Part shown: in pieces, positions 27,652 through 36,949 of the stretch
How the letters are laid out: each line of letters begins with the position of its first letter
Position numbering within the stretch: the first letter of the stretch is position 1
DNA from: Planctomycetota bacterium
Lineage (GTDB): Bacteria; Planctomycetota; SZUA-567; H5-PLA8
DNA length: 64,000 nucleotides
NCBI GenBank assembly: GCA_038227875.1
Contig: JBBRPR010000001.1
Location: 224,001 to 288,000, forward strand
Reading direction: 5' to 3'
Position numbers and translations under genes: made by a program
Notes under the pieces: model-generated
Databases searched by the model: none
The model's input: only the letters and a program-made list of their open reading frames with translations
What the model was told of the DNA's origin: nothing

Positions 27652-29670
27652 ATGAAAATAACACTTGGATTGCTGGGCCTCATGCTGTGCGGCACGATGG
27701 TGATGGGTGGGGAGGCCGGGCTGGGTTCGCCGGATTTCAAACCCAGCCCGGAGCACCCGCTTGGATGGCGCGGCGACGGCACGGGCAACTATCCCGGAGC
27801 CACTCCGCCCACGACCTGGGGACGGACTTCCAAAGTGCTGAAGGATCTCTCCGCGCAGGCGCAGAAGCCCAAGGGTTCTGAGCCCGGCGGACAGAGCGTC
27901 GCCGATGGAACCATTCGCGACTGGCTGATCCTGGGCCCGGTGCCCTTGCCGGCGGAATCGAAGCTCTCGGTCGATTTCATCCCCGACGAAGCGAAGCTGC
28001 AACCCGACGAGAACGAAAAGACCGGCGACTTGACGTGGAAAGCGTACAAGGCAGAGAGCACGTGCCTGGATTTCAACACGATCCTGGGCAAGCATCCGAA
28101 CACGGCCGTCTTCGCGCACACGTATATTTACGCGAAGGAAGCGCATGCGTTGGCGCTGGCCGGCACGTATCACAACCGGCTGAAGTGCTGGCTCAACGGC
28201 AAGGAAATCATGTCGGGCGAAAAGGCGTGGTGCGCTTCCGCGGTGCTGAATCTGACTCCCGGCTGGAACCGCCTCCTGTTCAAGCTCGTTCCCGATGCCA
28301 CTCCCGATGGCGGAACGGAACTGCAGTGGTACTTCAGCCCGCAGCTCTTCGGTCGCGCGCCGTATGATTACGAAAACAAGAATATCGCCTGGATGACGAC
28401 GATGCCGGGCACGAGCAACGCGTCGCCCATCGTGGTGGGCTCGAAAATTTTCACGCCCGCGGAAACCTATGATCTGGTCTGCGTCAACAAGGCCGATGGC
28501 AAAATTCTGTGGGTCAACTCCGCCAATTACTACGAAACGGTGACTGACGAAGACCTGAAAGCATTTCCCGCGCTCAAAGACGCCGCGCCGTGGGCGGAAC
28601 GGATTCGGGCGATCAACAAGGCCTACTCGACGGCCACTCCGCCCGATGGAAAAATGCTCGAAGAGAAGCGCGGACTGGAGAAGAAGATTTACGATCTGAT
28701 GCTCACCGTCGATCGCAAGAAGTACAAGCTGCTCGACGGCCAGGACGTGGGCTTCGCCGGCATTGCGCCCGTCAGCGACGGCAAGTTTGTGTACGTCTGG
28801 TACGCCACGGGCATCACCGTCTGTTACGACCTGGACGGCAATCGCAAATGGATCCATCTCGATAACGACGTGCCCATGCGCGAACACGGCCTGGCGACAA
28901 CGCCAGTGCTGTGCGGCAACACGCTGGTGGTTCACATGAACGAGACGCTGGGACTCGACGCGACCACCGGCGCGGTGCTCTGGCGCCTGCCGCGCTTTTT
29001 CTACCAGGGCTCGCTGATCAACTTGAAGCTCGGCGGCGAAAATTTGTTCGTTGAACCCAGCGGCACCGTGCGCCGCGCCAAAGACGGCAAGGCGCTGTAC
29101 GACAACCTGGTTCAAGGAGCCATCACGTCGCCCGTGGTGAAGGACGGCATGATCTACGCCGGCGCCGAACCGTTGAAGCTGCCGGCGACCGCGGCTGAAC
29201 CGTTCAAGGTCGAGCCGATCAAGACCGGCCTGAAAGTCACTGCGACCCAGTTTCCGCATTTCTACTTCATCTGCACGACTTCATCACCGCTGGTCCATGA
29301 CGGCTTGATGTACAGCGTCGACATCGACGGCGTGCTGACCGTGATCGATGTCGCGGCGGGCAAGGTGCTCTACCAGCGCGTGGTCGATGTCAACATTCTC
29401 AATCACGCCAACATGAAAGCCGCACGTGGCCTGGGGGCCAGCCTGGCGATGGCGGGAAAGTACATCTACATATTCGGCAACCAGGGAACGGCGCTGGTGA
29501 TGGAGGCGGGCCGGGAGTTCAAGCCCGTGGCCAAGAACCGGCTGGAAAATTCTGTCGGTCGCGGCGAGTGGTACGAACACCAGGAGTCATCGATCAGCAG
29601 CCCGGTGTTCGAAGGCAGCCGAATGTACTATCGTTCGGAGCAGACGCTGTATTGCATCGGCGAGAAGTGA
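27652..29670 (+). CDS. PQQ-like beta-propeller protein with inserted beta-sandwich domain
   Basis: 'GWRGDGTG.YP', 'SPIVVG', 'DGKILW', 'SSPVFEGSRMYYR...LYCIG'; insert 'WLILGP...KCWLNG...GWNRLLFK'. Confidence 0.85.
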   Translation: MKITLGLLGLMLCGTMVMGGEAGLGSPDFKPSPEHPLGWRGDGTGNYPGATPPTTWGRTSKVLKDLSAQAQKPKGSEPGGQSVADGTIRDWLILGPVPLPAESKLSVDFIPDEAKLQPDENEKTGDLTWKAYKAESTCLDFNTILGKHPNTAVFAHTYIYAKEAHALALAGTYHNRLKCWLNGKEIMSGEKAWCASAVLNLTPGWNRLLFKLVPDATPDGGTELQWYFSPQLFGRAPYDYENKNIAWMTTMPGTSNASPIVVGSKIFTPAETYDLVCVNKADGKILWVNSANYYETVTDEDLKAFPALKDAAPWAERIRAINKAYSTATPPDGKMLEEKRGLEKKIYDLMLTVDRKKYKLLDGQDVGFAGIAPVSDGKFVYVWYATGITVCYDLDGNRKWIHLDNDVPMREHGLATTPVLCGNTLVVHMNETLGLDATTGAVLWRLPRFFYQGSLINLKLGGENLFVEPSGTVRRAKDGKALYDNLVQGAITSPVVKDGMIYAGAEPLKLPATAAEPFKVEPIKTGLKVTATQFPHFYFICTTSSPLVHDGLMYSVDIDGVLTVIDVAAGKVLYQRVVDVNILNHANMKAARGLGASLAMAGKYIYIFGNQGTALVMEAGREFKPVAKNRLENSVGRGEWYEHQESSISSPVFEGSRMYYRSEQTLYCIGEK

Positions 29671-29778
29671 TGGGTGAAGCTTTGGGCCTTTGGGCCCTAA
29701 GTTAAAATATATCGTTTTGTTGTACGTGTGGAACGCCTTGACCCGTCGTCGGAATGCTGGACGCATTCTAATTTAGAT

Positions 29779-30435
29779 CTACGCCGGCGGCAGTTCGTCG
29801 AGCGATGTGAGTCCGGCGCGCAGCGCGAACTTGGTCAGCTCGGCGACGCTGTTGACCTTCAGCTTGTCCATGATCTGGCGCCGCTGGGTGTCCACGGTTT
29901 TGATGCTGACGCCCAGGTCCGAGGCGATCTGCTTGGACGTCGAACCTTCGGAAAGCAACTTCACGATCTTCTGTTCGCGCTCGGTCAGCACGCTGGCGCT
30001 GCCGCCGGGCTGCGGGTTGAGTGCTTCGTCGATCAGCAGACTCGACAAGACGGGGCTGACGTAGCTCTGTCCCGCCGCGACAAGGCGGATGGCGTTGGCC
30101 AGTTCCTGGTACGCGCAGTTCTTCAATACGTATCCCAGCGCGCCGGCCTTCAGAATTCCGAACAGGATCTGGCGTTCGTTGTGCAGGGATAGCGCGATGA
30201 TCTTGATCGACGGCAGTTCGCTTTTGATCGTGCGGCAGACTTCGATGCCATTGGGCGGCGGCATGGAAATATCGAGCACCGCGACGTCGGGCTTGAGCTT
30301 GCGGAGCAGCTCCAGCGCGCTGGGTCCATCGTGCGCCTGGCCGACCACTTCGAAGTCCGCTTCCTTGCTCAGCAGAGAGGCCAAGCCGTCGCGCAAAATG
30401 GCGTGATCGTCGGCGATCAGAATACGAATGGGCAT
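29779..30435 (-). CDS. NarL/LuxR-family response regulator
   Basis: 'ILIADDHAILRDG...LDISMP'; HTH 'LTEREQKIVKLLSEG..SKQIA..LGVSIKTV'. Confidence 0.95.
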   Translation of the reverse strand: MPIRILIADDHAILRDGLASLLSKEADFEVVGQAHDGPSALELLRKLKPDVAVLDISMPPPNGIEVCRTIKSELPSIKIIALSLHNERQILFGILKAGALGYVLKNCAYQELANAIRLVAAGQSYVSPVLSSLLIDEALNPQPGGSASVLTEREQKIVKLLSEGSTSKQIASDLGVSIKTVDTQRRQIMDKLKVNSVAELTKFALRAGLTSLDELPPA

Positions 30436-30448
30436 TGGTACGTCTCCT

Positions 30449-31498
30449 TCACGTCAACACGCGCCGGATCGCCTGAATCAGGTCCCGTGGCGCGAACGGT
30501 TTCAAGATCCGGTGGTGATCGTGCTCCGTGGCCTCCACCGTTTCTTCCGGTGTTCCCATGAATAACGCCTGCAGTCGTGGCCGTGTCACGCGCAGTGTTT
30601 CGAACAAGGACCGGCCGCTTCCACTTTTCATCATAGCGTCGGTGACGAGCAGATGCACGGGGTTATCCGAACTCGCGGCCAACGTCAGGGCCTCGCCGGG
30701 GCCGCCCGCTGCCATCACGGTAAAGCCGTGCGCTTCCAGCGCCGCGGCCGTCACCTGGCGGACTTGCGCATTCTCGTCGCACAGCAAGACCGTCCAGGCG
30801 CGCTCCGGCACTTTTCCCGTTGGAAGGCTGATGCTGAAGACCACCCGGTCAGGCGCATTCTTCACACTGATTTGGCCGCCGACCCGCCGCACGCGTTCGG
30901 TAATGGCGAAGACGGTGACCTCACTGGCGAGTGCCTCCAGCGATTTAGGCTGCGCTGCGAAGAATTCCACTTCCATCATGACCTGAGCGGCATCGCCGTC
31001 GACGCGAAGGTGGACGGTCTGCGCCTGAATCTGGTCGATCAACCAGCGCGCCCAGCGGAACAGTGCCTTGACCTGGATGACTTCCAGCACGTCCAGCCCG
31101 CCTTTGCAGCGCAGCTCGCAGGACATGCCGCGATGGCGCGGCGCGTAGTCGGTCAGCCAACCCAGAGCGGCGGCCAGTCCGATTTCTTTCAGCAACGGCG
31201 GCGAGGCGCGCGAAGAGATGCGCCGGACGCTCTCGAGAATCTGATCCACCTGTTTGAGGATGTTCGCCAGCGACTGCGCGGCGGCGGGATCGGAGCAGTT
31301 GTGCTGGCACTCGGTGAGTTTAAAAATCAGGCCGGTCAAATCCTGCGCGACGCCGCTGTGAAGCTCGGCGCCCACGCGGTCGCGCTCGGTTTCGAGGGCA
31401 CTCAAAGCCAGCTCGAGGGCTTCTCGAAACATTGCCGGATAAGCGGCATTATTTGCAGAATCCGCGTTAATCCGGTCCTCCGACATTTCGTACTCCAC
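30449..31498 (-). CDS. HisKA_3 domain + degenerate HATPase + REC (pseudo-hybrid kinase)
   Basis: 'ERDRVGAELHSGVAQDL...GLAAALGWL'; ATP-binding boxes not recognisable; REC with 'LLVTD' and 'KPF'. Confidence 0.75.
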   Translation of the reverse strand: MEYEMSEDRINADSANNAAYPAMFREALELALSALETERDRVGAELHSGVAQDLTGLIFKLTECQHNCSDPAAAQSLANILKQVDQILESVRRISSRASPPLLKEIGLAAALGWLTDYAPRHRGMSCELRCKGGLDVLEVIQVKALFRWARWLIDQIQAQTVHLRVDGDAAQVMMEVEFFAAQPKSLEALASEVTVFAITERVRRVGGQISVKNAPDRVVFSISLPTGKVPERAWTVLLCDENAQVRQVTAAALEAHGFTVMAAGGPGEALTLAASSDNPVHLLVTDAMMKSGSGRSLFETLRVTRPRLQALFMGTPEETVEATEHDHHRILKPFAPRDLIQAIRRVLT

Positions 31499-31703
31499 AT
31501 TTGCGAGTCAAAAAATATATATACAAATCCCAATCCTACAAAGCTTTCCAGCGCACGCAACAGCACCGCCTTCCCGCTCAGTCTCGCCATCATAAGACTA
31601 AATGCTCGGGCACTTTGAACGTTTGCCGCGAGCGCTTTGAACCGTTGCTGTCATTTCTCGGAAAGCTCGACCTCCGGTTCGGTTCAAGATTGCCTGTATG
31701 CCA

Positions 31704-31719
31704 TGGCCGTGTAATTGCA
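31704..31719 (+). promoter_or_regulatory. Sigma-54 (-24/-12) promoter for the che operon
   Basis: TGGCCGTGTAATTGCA, GG-N10-GC, about 80 bp upstream of cheA. Confidence 0.65.
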
Positions 31720-31801
31720 AATTTGGTTCCCGTGTCGAAGCAGCAGTGAAAGTTTTTCCGGCTCGCGAGGCCGGACGGCGGACCAGTCTTAGGAATCGCC
31801 C

Positions 31802-34540
31802 ATGTCGAACCCAGAATGCACGAAAGCACTAGAGGCCTTGTGCGAAGCCGCCGTCTTCGCTGATCTGTCCGATTTGCGGACGGTGTCGAGTCTGTTGGAC
31901 GGATTCGAAAACCTGGATGTCGCCTGCAGCAAATCCAAGAAGGAGTCGGCTGCGGCGCTGTGTCGCCAGTGCATTCAGCGCCTTCATGCCATCATTCTCG
32001 ACGACGTCAAAGATCGCGTGGGTGCACTGAAGGACGTCTGCGCCACCGCGTCGCAGTTGCAGCACCACCTTCGGGACGGTGAGCCACTGCACGAACTGGT
32101 GCAGGAAGCTCCCGCTGCTCCCGCTGCTCCCGCCGCGCCGGAAGCCCCCGCTGAACCGGTGTCGGAATCGAAAGCCTCCGCTTCCAGCGCACAGTGGACG
32201 CAGCCGAGCAACGTCGATCAGGCGTTCGTCAATGAATTTCTTTCGGTGCAGCCGGCGGTGCTGGATGAAGCTGAAGCTATCGTGCTGAAGCTCAGCGAAC
32301 CGCAGGAACGCACCGCCGCCATCGCTTCGCTGCGCGGCCTGCTTCACAACTTGAAGGGAGAGTCTTCGATCCTGGCGATGCGCGCCATCGAGCAGCTCTG
32401 CCACGCCACCGAAGAACTGCTGGTCGAACCACTGCCCGCCGCCACGCCGGATGTGCTGCTGCGCGTCATTGACGCCATGCGCTCGGCGCTGGCCTACTAC
32501 GGCGGGAAGTCAGAAGAGCCCGCGGGTCTTTCCGCGCTGCACGCTGAACTTGCGCGCCTGAAGCCCAAGTCCGCGTCCGATGAACAGGCCAACACGCATC
32601 AGTCGCCGGCGCCCGCCGAAGTTTCCGCGCCTGCCGAAGTGCCTGCCGCCGAGGTCGCTCCCGTGACCGTCGGAACTCCTGAACAAGGCACGCCGCTGAC
32701 GGGCGACCTGGAACTGATCCAGGGCTTCATTCCGGAGTCCAAGGAACATCTTGAAAACGCCGTGGCCAGTCTGCTGGCGCTGGGGACCGACGCGACCAAC
32801 AAGGAACACCTCGACGCGCTCTTCCGCGCGTTCCATACCATTAAAGGGTGCGCGGGCTTCCTGATGCTCGACAAGATTCAGGCGCTGGCCCATCAGTCCG
32901 AAAGTCTGCTCGACAAGGCCCGCAACGGCACGGTGATCCTCTCCGGGTTGGCGCTGGAAGCCACGTTTGAAGCGACCGACCTGCTAAAGGAAATGATCGA
33001 TGGCGTCGAAATTGGCCTGAAGACCGGCCTGGTCCCGCCGCCCAGCGCGGCGATGCCTGAACTGGTGGACCGGCTGCGCGCGCTTGCCGCGGGTCAGACG
33101 CCGACGTTGAAACAGAAGACCGTTCCCGCCGCCGCCCCCGCCGCCCCTGCCGCCCCCGCGGCCACAGTCCCGGTGGTACCTGTTGCGGTTGCGGTCGCTC
33201 AGCCTGTGAATTCGGCACTGCCCGCCAGCGATAATGCCGTGTCCGCCCAGTCATTGCCGGCGGTCGTTGCAGCGCCCGAAGCCGCCGCTCCGCAGGCTGC
33301 GCAGCCACGCTTGACGCTGCTCAAGATCCGCGACGCCGTCAAAGTGGACGCCGACCGCCTCGACCGGCTCATCGATACCATCGGCGAGCTGGTGATCTCC
33401 GAATCGATGGTCAGCCAGTCGTCAGATCTGCGCAAGCACGCCACGGCCCCGCTGATCCGCCAGCTCGGCCAGCTCGACAAGATCACCCGCGAGCTCCAGG
33501 AAATGGCGATGTCCCTGCGCATGATGCCCGTGCGCACGACCTTCCAGAAAATGGGCCGCCTGATTCACGACGTGGCCAAGCGCACCGGCAAGCAGTGCGA
33601 GCTGATCCTGAGCGGCGAAGAGACCGAACTCGACAAGGCCGTCGTTGATGGCATCGGCGATCCGCTGGTTCACATGATCCGCAACGCCGTCGACCATGGC
33701 CTGGAAGCCAATGCTGAAGAGCGCATCAAGGCCGGCAAGCCCGCCAAGGGACGCGTGGATCTGCGCGCGTACCACAAGGGCGGCAGCATCTTCATCGAAG
33801 TACAGGACGACGGCCGCGGTCTCGACCGCGACGCGATCCTGCGCAAAGCAGCCGAACGCGGCCTGATCCGCGACGGCGAACAGCTTTCCGAACGCGAAAT
33901 CTTCAACCTGATCTTCCTGCCCGGTTTCTCGACGGCCAAGACCGTCACCGATGTCTCCGGACGCGGCGTGGGCATGGACGTGGTGCGCAAGAACATCGAA
34001 GCGCTGCGCGGCCAGGTCGACATCTCGTCGCAGCCGGGTCAGGGAACGAAGTTCACGATCCGCCTGCCGCTGACGCTGGCGATCATCGACGGCATGGTGG
34101 TGAACGTCGGACAGGAACGCTACATCGTTCCGACTCTCTCGATCGTGATGTCCCTGCGGCCCCAGCCCGGCGCGGTCAAGTCGGTGCTCAACCGCGGCGA
34201 AATGCTCAGCTACCAGGGCGAATTGATTCCGCTTTTCCGCATCGACCGCACCTTCTCGATCAAGGGCGCCGTGGCCCGGCCGGAAGACGGATTGGTCATC
34301 ATCGTCGAAGAGGACGGCAAGCGCACGGGTCTGCTTGCCGACGGGCTCCTCGGCCAGCAGCAGATTGTGATCAAGACACTGGGCGACTCGATGCGCGGCA
34401 TCCCCGGAGTTTCCGGCGGAGCGATCATGCCCGACGGCAACGTCGGACTGATTCTCGACGTCGGAGCGCTGGTGCGCATCAGTCAGAATTCCCAACAGGC
34501 ACAGGGTGCCGCGGCGACTTCCAACGAACGGGTGGCCTGA
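31802..34540 (+). CDS. cheA: Chemotaxis histidine kinase CheA with two Hpt domains
   Basis: 'LLHNLKGES' and 'FRAFHTIKG' Hpt motifs; 'HMIRNAVDHG', 'DDGRG', 'GFSTA..VTDVSGRGVGMDVV'; C-terminal CheW domain. Confidence 0.97.
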   Translation: MSNPECTKALEALCEAAVFADLSDLRTVSSLLDGFENLDVACSKSKKESAAALCRQCIQRLHAIILDDVKDRVGALKDVCATASQLQHHLRDGEPLHELVQEAPAAPAAPAAPEAPAEPVSESKASASSAQWTQPSNVDQAFVNEFLSVQPAVLDEAEAIVLKLSEPQERTAAIASLRGLLHNLKGESSILAMRAIEQLCHATEELLVEPLPAATPDVLLRVIDAMRSALAYYGGKSEEPAGLSALHAELARLKPKSASDEQANTHQSPAPAEVSAPAEVPAAEVAPVTVGTPEQGTPLTGDLELIQGFIPESKEHLENAVASLLALGTDATNKEHLDALFRAFHTIKGCAGFLMLDKIQALAHQSESLLDKARNGTVILSGLALEATFEATDLLKEMIDGVEIGLKTGLVPPPSAAMPELVDRLRALAAGQTPTLKQKTVPAAAPAAPAAPAATVPVVPVAVAVAQPVNSALPASDNAVSAQSLPAVVAAPEAAAPQAAQPRLTLLKIRDAVKVDADRLDRLIDTIGELVISESMVSQSSDLRKHATAPLIRQLGQLDKITRELQEMAMSLRMMPVRTTFQKMGRLIHDVAKRTGKQCELILSGEETELDKAVVDGIGDPLVHMIRNAVDHGLEANAEERIKAGKPAKGRVDLRAYHKGGSIFIEVQDDGRGLDRDAILRKAAERGLIRDGEQLSEREIFNLIFLPGFSTAKTVTDVSGRGVGMDVVRKNIEALRGQVDISSQPGQGTKFTIRLPLTLAIIDGMVVNVGQERYIVPTLSIVMSLRPQPGAVKSVLNRGEMLSYQGELIPLFRIDRTFSIKGAVARPEDGLVIIVEEDGKRTGLLADGLLGQQQIVIKTLGDSMRGIPGVSGGAIMPDGNVGLILDVGALVRISQNSQQAQGAAATSNERVA

Positions 34541-34584
34541 AGCCGGATTTGAATTCCGTCAAAACAGATAAGGAGAGCCATACG

Positions 34585-35103
34585 ATGAGCACGACGACGA
34601 CCAAGCCAGCAGCAGGAACCACGACCGCGACCGCCCGCGCGGGCCGCTACCTCACGTTCTCCATGGCACGCGAAGAGTACGGTTTGGAAATTCTGAAGGT
34701 TCAGGAAATCATCGGCATGATGAATGTCACGCGCGTGCCGCGCACGCCGGACTTCATCCGCGGCGTGATCAATCTGCGCGGCAAGGTCATTCCGGTGATC
34801 GATCTCCGCCGCAAGTTGCAATTCGAAGCCAAGGAAGACACGGACCGCACCTGCATCATCGTGGTCCAGGTCCAGCAGGGCGACACACCCATCACGATGG
34901 GCATCATCGTCGATTCAGTTTCTGAAGTGCTGAACGTCTCCGCGTCGCAGATCGAACCGTCACCGGAGTTCGGATTCAACATCTCGACGGAATTCATCCT
35001 CGGGATGGGCAAGGTCGACAAGCGCGTCATCATTCTTCTGGATGCCGACCGCATCCTCTCTACCGGCGAACTCAACGACGCCGCCGCCAGCGTTCGGGGA
35101 TAG
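34585..35103 (+). CDS. cheW: CheW coupling protein
   Basis: 'YLTF...EYG..ILKVQEI...GVINLRGKVIPVIDLR'. Confidence 0.96.
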   Translation: MSTTTTKPAAGTTTATARAGRYLTFSMAREEYGLEILKVQEIIGMMNVTRVPRTPDFIRGVINLRGKVIPVIDLRRKLQFEAKEDTDRTCIIVVQVQQGDTPITMGIIVDSVSEVLNVSASQIEPSPEFGFNISTEFILGMGKVDKRVIILLDADRILSTGELNDAAASVRG

Positions 35104-35159
35104 TCCCCGAGGTAGATTTCAGTGCAACCATTTTTGCCGTGTGAAAGGCTATTTCAGCC

Positions 35160-36896
35160 ATGAAGAACCTCACGATCGCCCACAAGATCATCATTGGATT
35201 CGCACTCACGCTGCTGATCACCGTTGCGCTGGGTGTGTTTGCCAGCATGCGCCTGACCACCGTCCGCGCCTACTCCAGCAAGATCACGGAAGACAACCTG
35301 CCCGGCGTGTACGAAATTTCGAAGGCCGACAGCCTGATCCGCGAAAACATGCTCGTGCTGATGCGCCAGCTCAACAGCCACGATGCCGCCGCCATCGCCG
35401 AGTGCGACAAACAGATGGCGCAGATCCGCGACGCTCTGGATCTCACCTACACGAACTATGGGAAAACGATCTTCGATCCGCGCGACAAGGAACTGTTCGA
35501 CGCGCTGAATGCGGCACGCGAAGAGTACAAGAAGAGCAAGGACGAAGTCCTCGCCTTCAGCCGCGCGATGAAAACAGAGGAAGGCTTCGCGGCCCTCCAC
35601 CGCCTGGAACCGTTCTATTACAAGTACAGCGACGCCGTGCGAAAGCTGGTCGACTTCAACCGCGACAGTGGTGTGGATACCTCCGCGAAGATCACCTCCG
35701 CCGTGGCCGATTCGCAGTTCGGCATCGTCGTGGCCATCGCCATCGCTGTGGGACTGGGCCTCGTGACGTCCTTCGTAATCATCCGCAACACCAACCGCCT
35801 GCTCAACAGCGTGGCCACGTTGCTGCGCGCCAGCGCCGACCAGGTCGCCGCCGCCGCCGGACAGGTTGCACAGTCCAGCCAGTCGATGGCCGAAGGCGCC
35901 AGCGAGCAGGCGTCCAGCCTGGAAGAAACCTCGGCGTCGCTGGAAGAGATGGCGTCGATGACCCGTCAAAATGCCGACAACGCCCGCCAGGCCAGCGCGA
36001 TGTCCGACGAAGCCAGCAGCGCCGCCGAAGCCGGCCAGAAACTCACCCGCACGATGGGCCAGGAGATCAGCCAGCGCGTGGGTGCGATGACCGGCGCGAT
36101 CGGACAGATCAAGTCATCCACTGACCAGACCGCCAAAATCGTGAAGACCATCGATGAAATCGCTTTCCAGACCAATCTCCTGGCGCTGAACGCCGCCGTC
36201 GAAGCCGCGCGGGCCGGAGAAGCCGGCAAGGGCTTCGCCGTGGTCGCCGAAGAAGTGCGCAATCTCGCCCAGCGTTCTGCCGAAGCGGCCAAGACCACGT
36301 CGTCGCTGATTGAAGAATCGCAGCGGAACGCCGAGAACGGAGTGAAAGTTTCAAACGAAGTCGCTGAAATTCTCAAGCGCACCGTCGAAGTCGAAATCGC
36401 CAGGAGCTTTGGCAACACGGTCGAAGTGGCCAACAAGGTCAAGAATCTGATCGGAGAAGTTGCCGCCGCCAGCAGTGAGCAGTCGAAGGGCGCCGAGCAG
36501 ATCAACACGGCCGTCAATCAGATGGACAAGGTCACGCAGTCCAACGCGGCCAACGCCGAGGAAACCGCCTCGGCGAGCGAAGAGCTCTCCGCGCAGGCCC
36601 GTGAACTCAACGACATGGTCAACACGCTGGTGCGGATGGTCCGCGGCTCGGTGGAAGTGACGTCCTCCGCCCGGCCCGCGGCGTCGGCCGCCCCAGCGTC
36701 CACTCACACCAGCAGCGTGACGAAAAAGCAGAAGAGTGCAGCGCCAAAATTCCAGCAGAAGAAACACACCACGGAGTCCGCTCCGGCTGTTCCGGGCGTG
36801 AACCGCATCAAGCATCTCAACGGCAGCGCCAATGGAAATGGCGCCAAACCGGAGCAGGTGATCCCGCTCACGGACGCCGAGCTGAGCAGCTTCTAA
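35160..36896 (+). CDS. Methyl-accepting chemotaxis protein (four-helix-bundle sensor, no HAMP)
   Basis: Two TM helices; '[40 protein letters not shown]'; C-terminal 'VIPL...ELSSF'. Confidence 0.96.
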   Translation: MKNLTIAHKIIIGFALTLLITVALGVFASMRLTTVRAYSSKITEDNLPGVYEISKADSLIRENMLVLMRQLNSHDAAAIAECDKQMAQIRDALDLTYTNYGKTIFDPRDKELFDALNAAREEYKKSKDEVLAFSRAMKTEEGFAALHRLEPFYYKYSDAVRKLVDFNRDSGVDTSAKITSAVADSQFGIVVAIAIAVGLGLVTSFVIIRNTNRLLNSVATLLRASADQVAAAAGQVAQSSQSMAEGASEQASSLEETSASLEEMASMTRQNADNARQASAMSDEASSAAEAGQKLTRTMGQEISQRVGAMTGAIGQIKSSTDQTAKIVKTIDEIAFQTNLLALNAAVEAARAGEAGKGFAVVAEEVRNLAQRSAEAAKTTSSLIEESQRNAENGVKVSNEVAEILKRTVEVEIARSFGNTVEVANKVKNLIGEVAAASSEQSKGAEQINTAVNQMDKVTQSNAANAEETASASEELSAQARELNDMVNTLVRMVRGSVEVTSSARPAASAAPASTHTSSVTKKQKSAAPKFQQKKHTTESAPAVPGVNRIKHLNGSANGNGAKPEQVIPLTDAELSSF

Positions 36897-36949
36897 TTTC
36901 TCGGATAGCCGTCAAAGCAAGCCACGTACGCTTATAGGGGGTAGGACCC

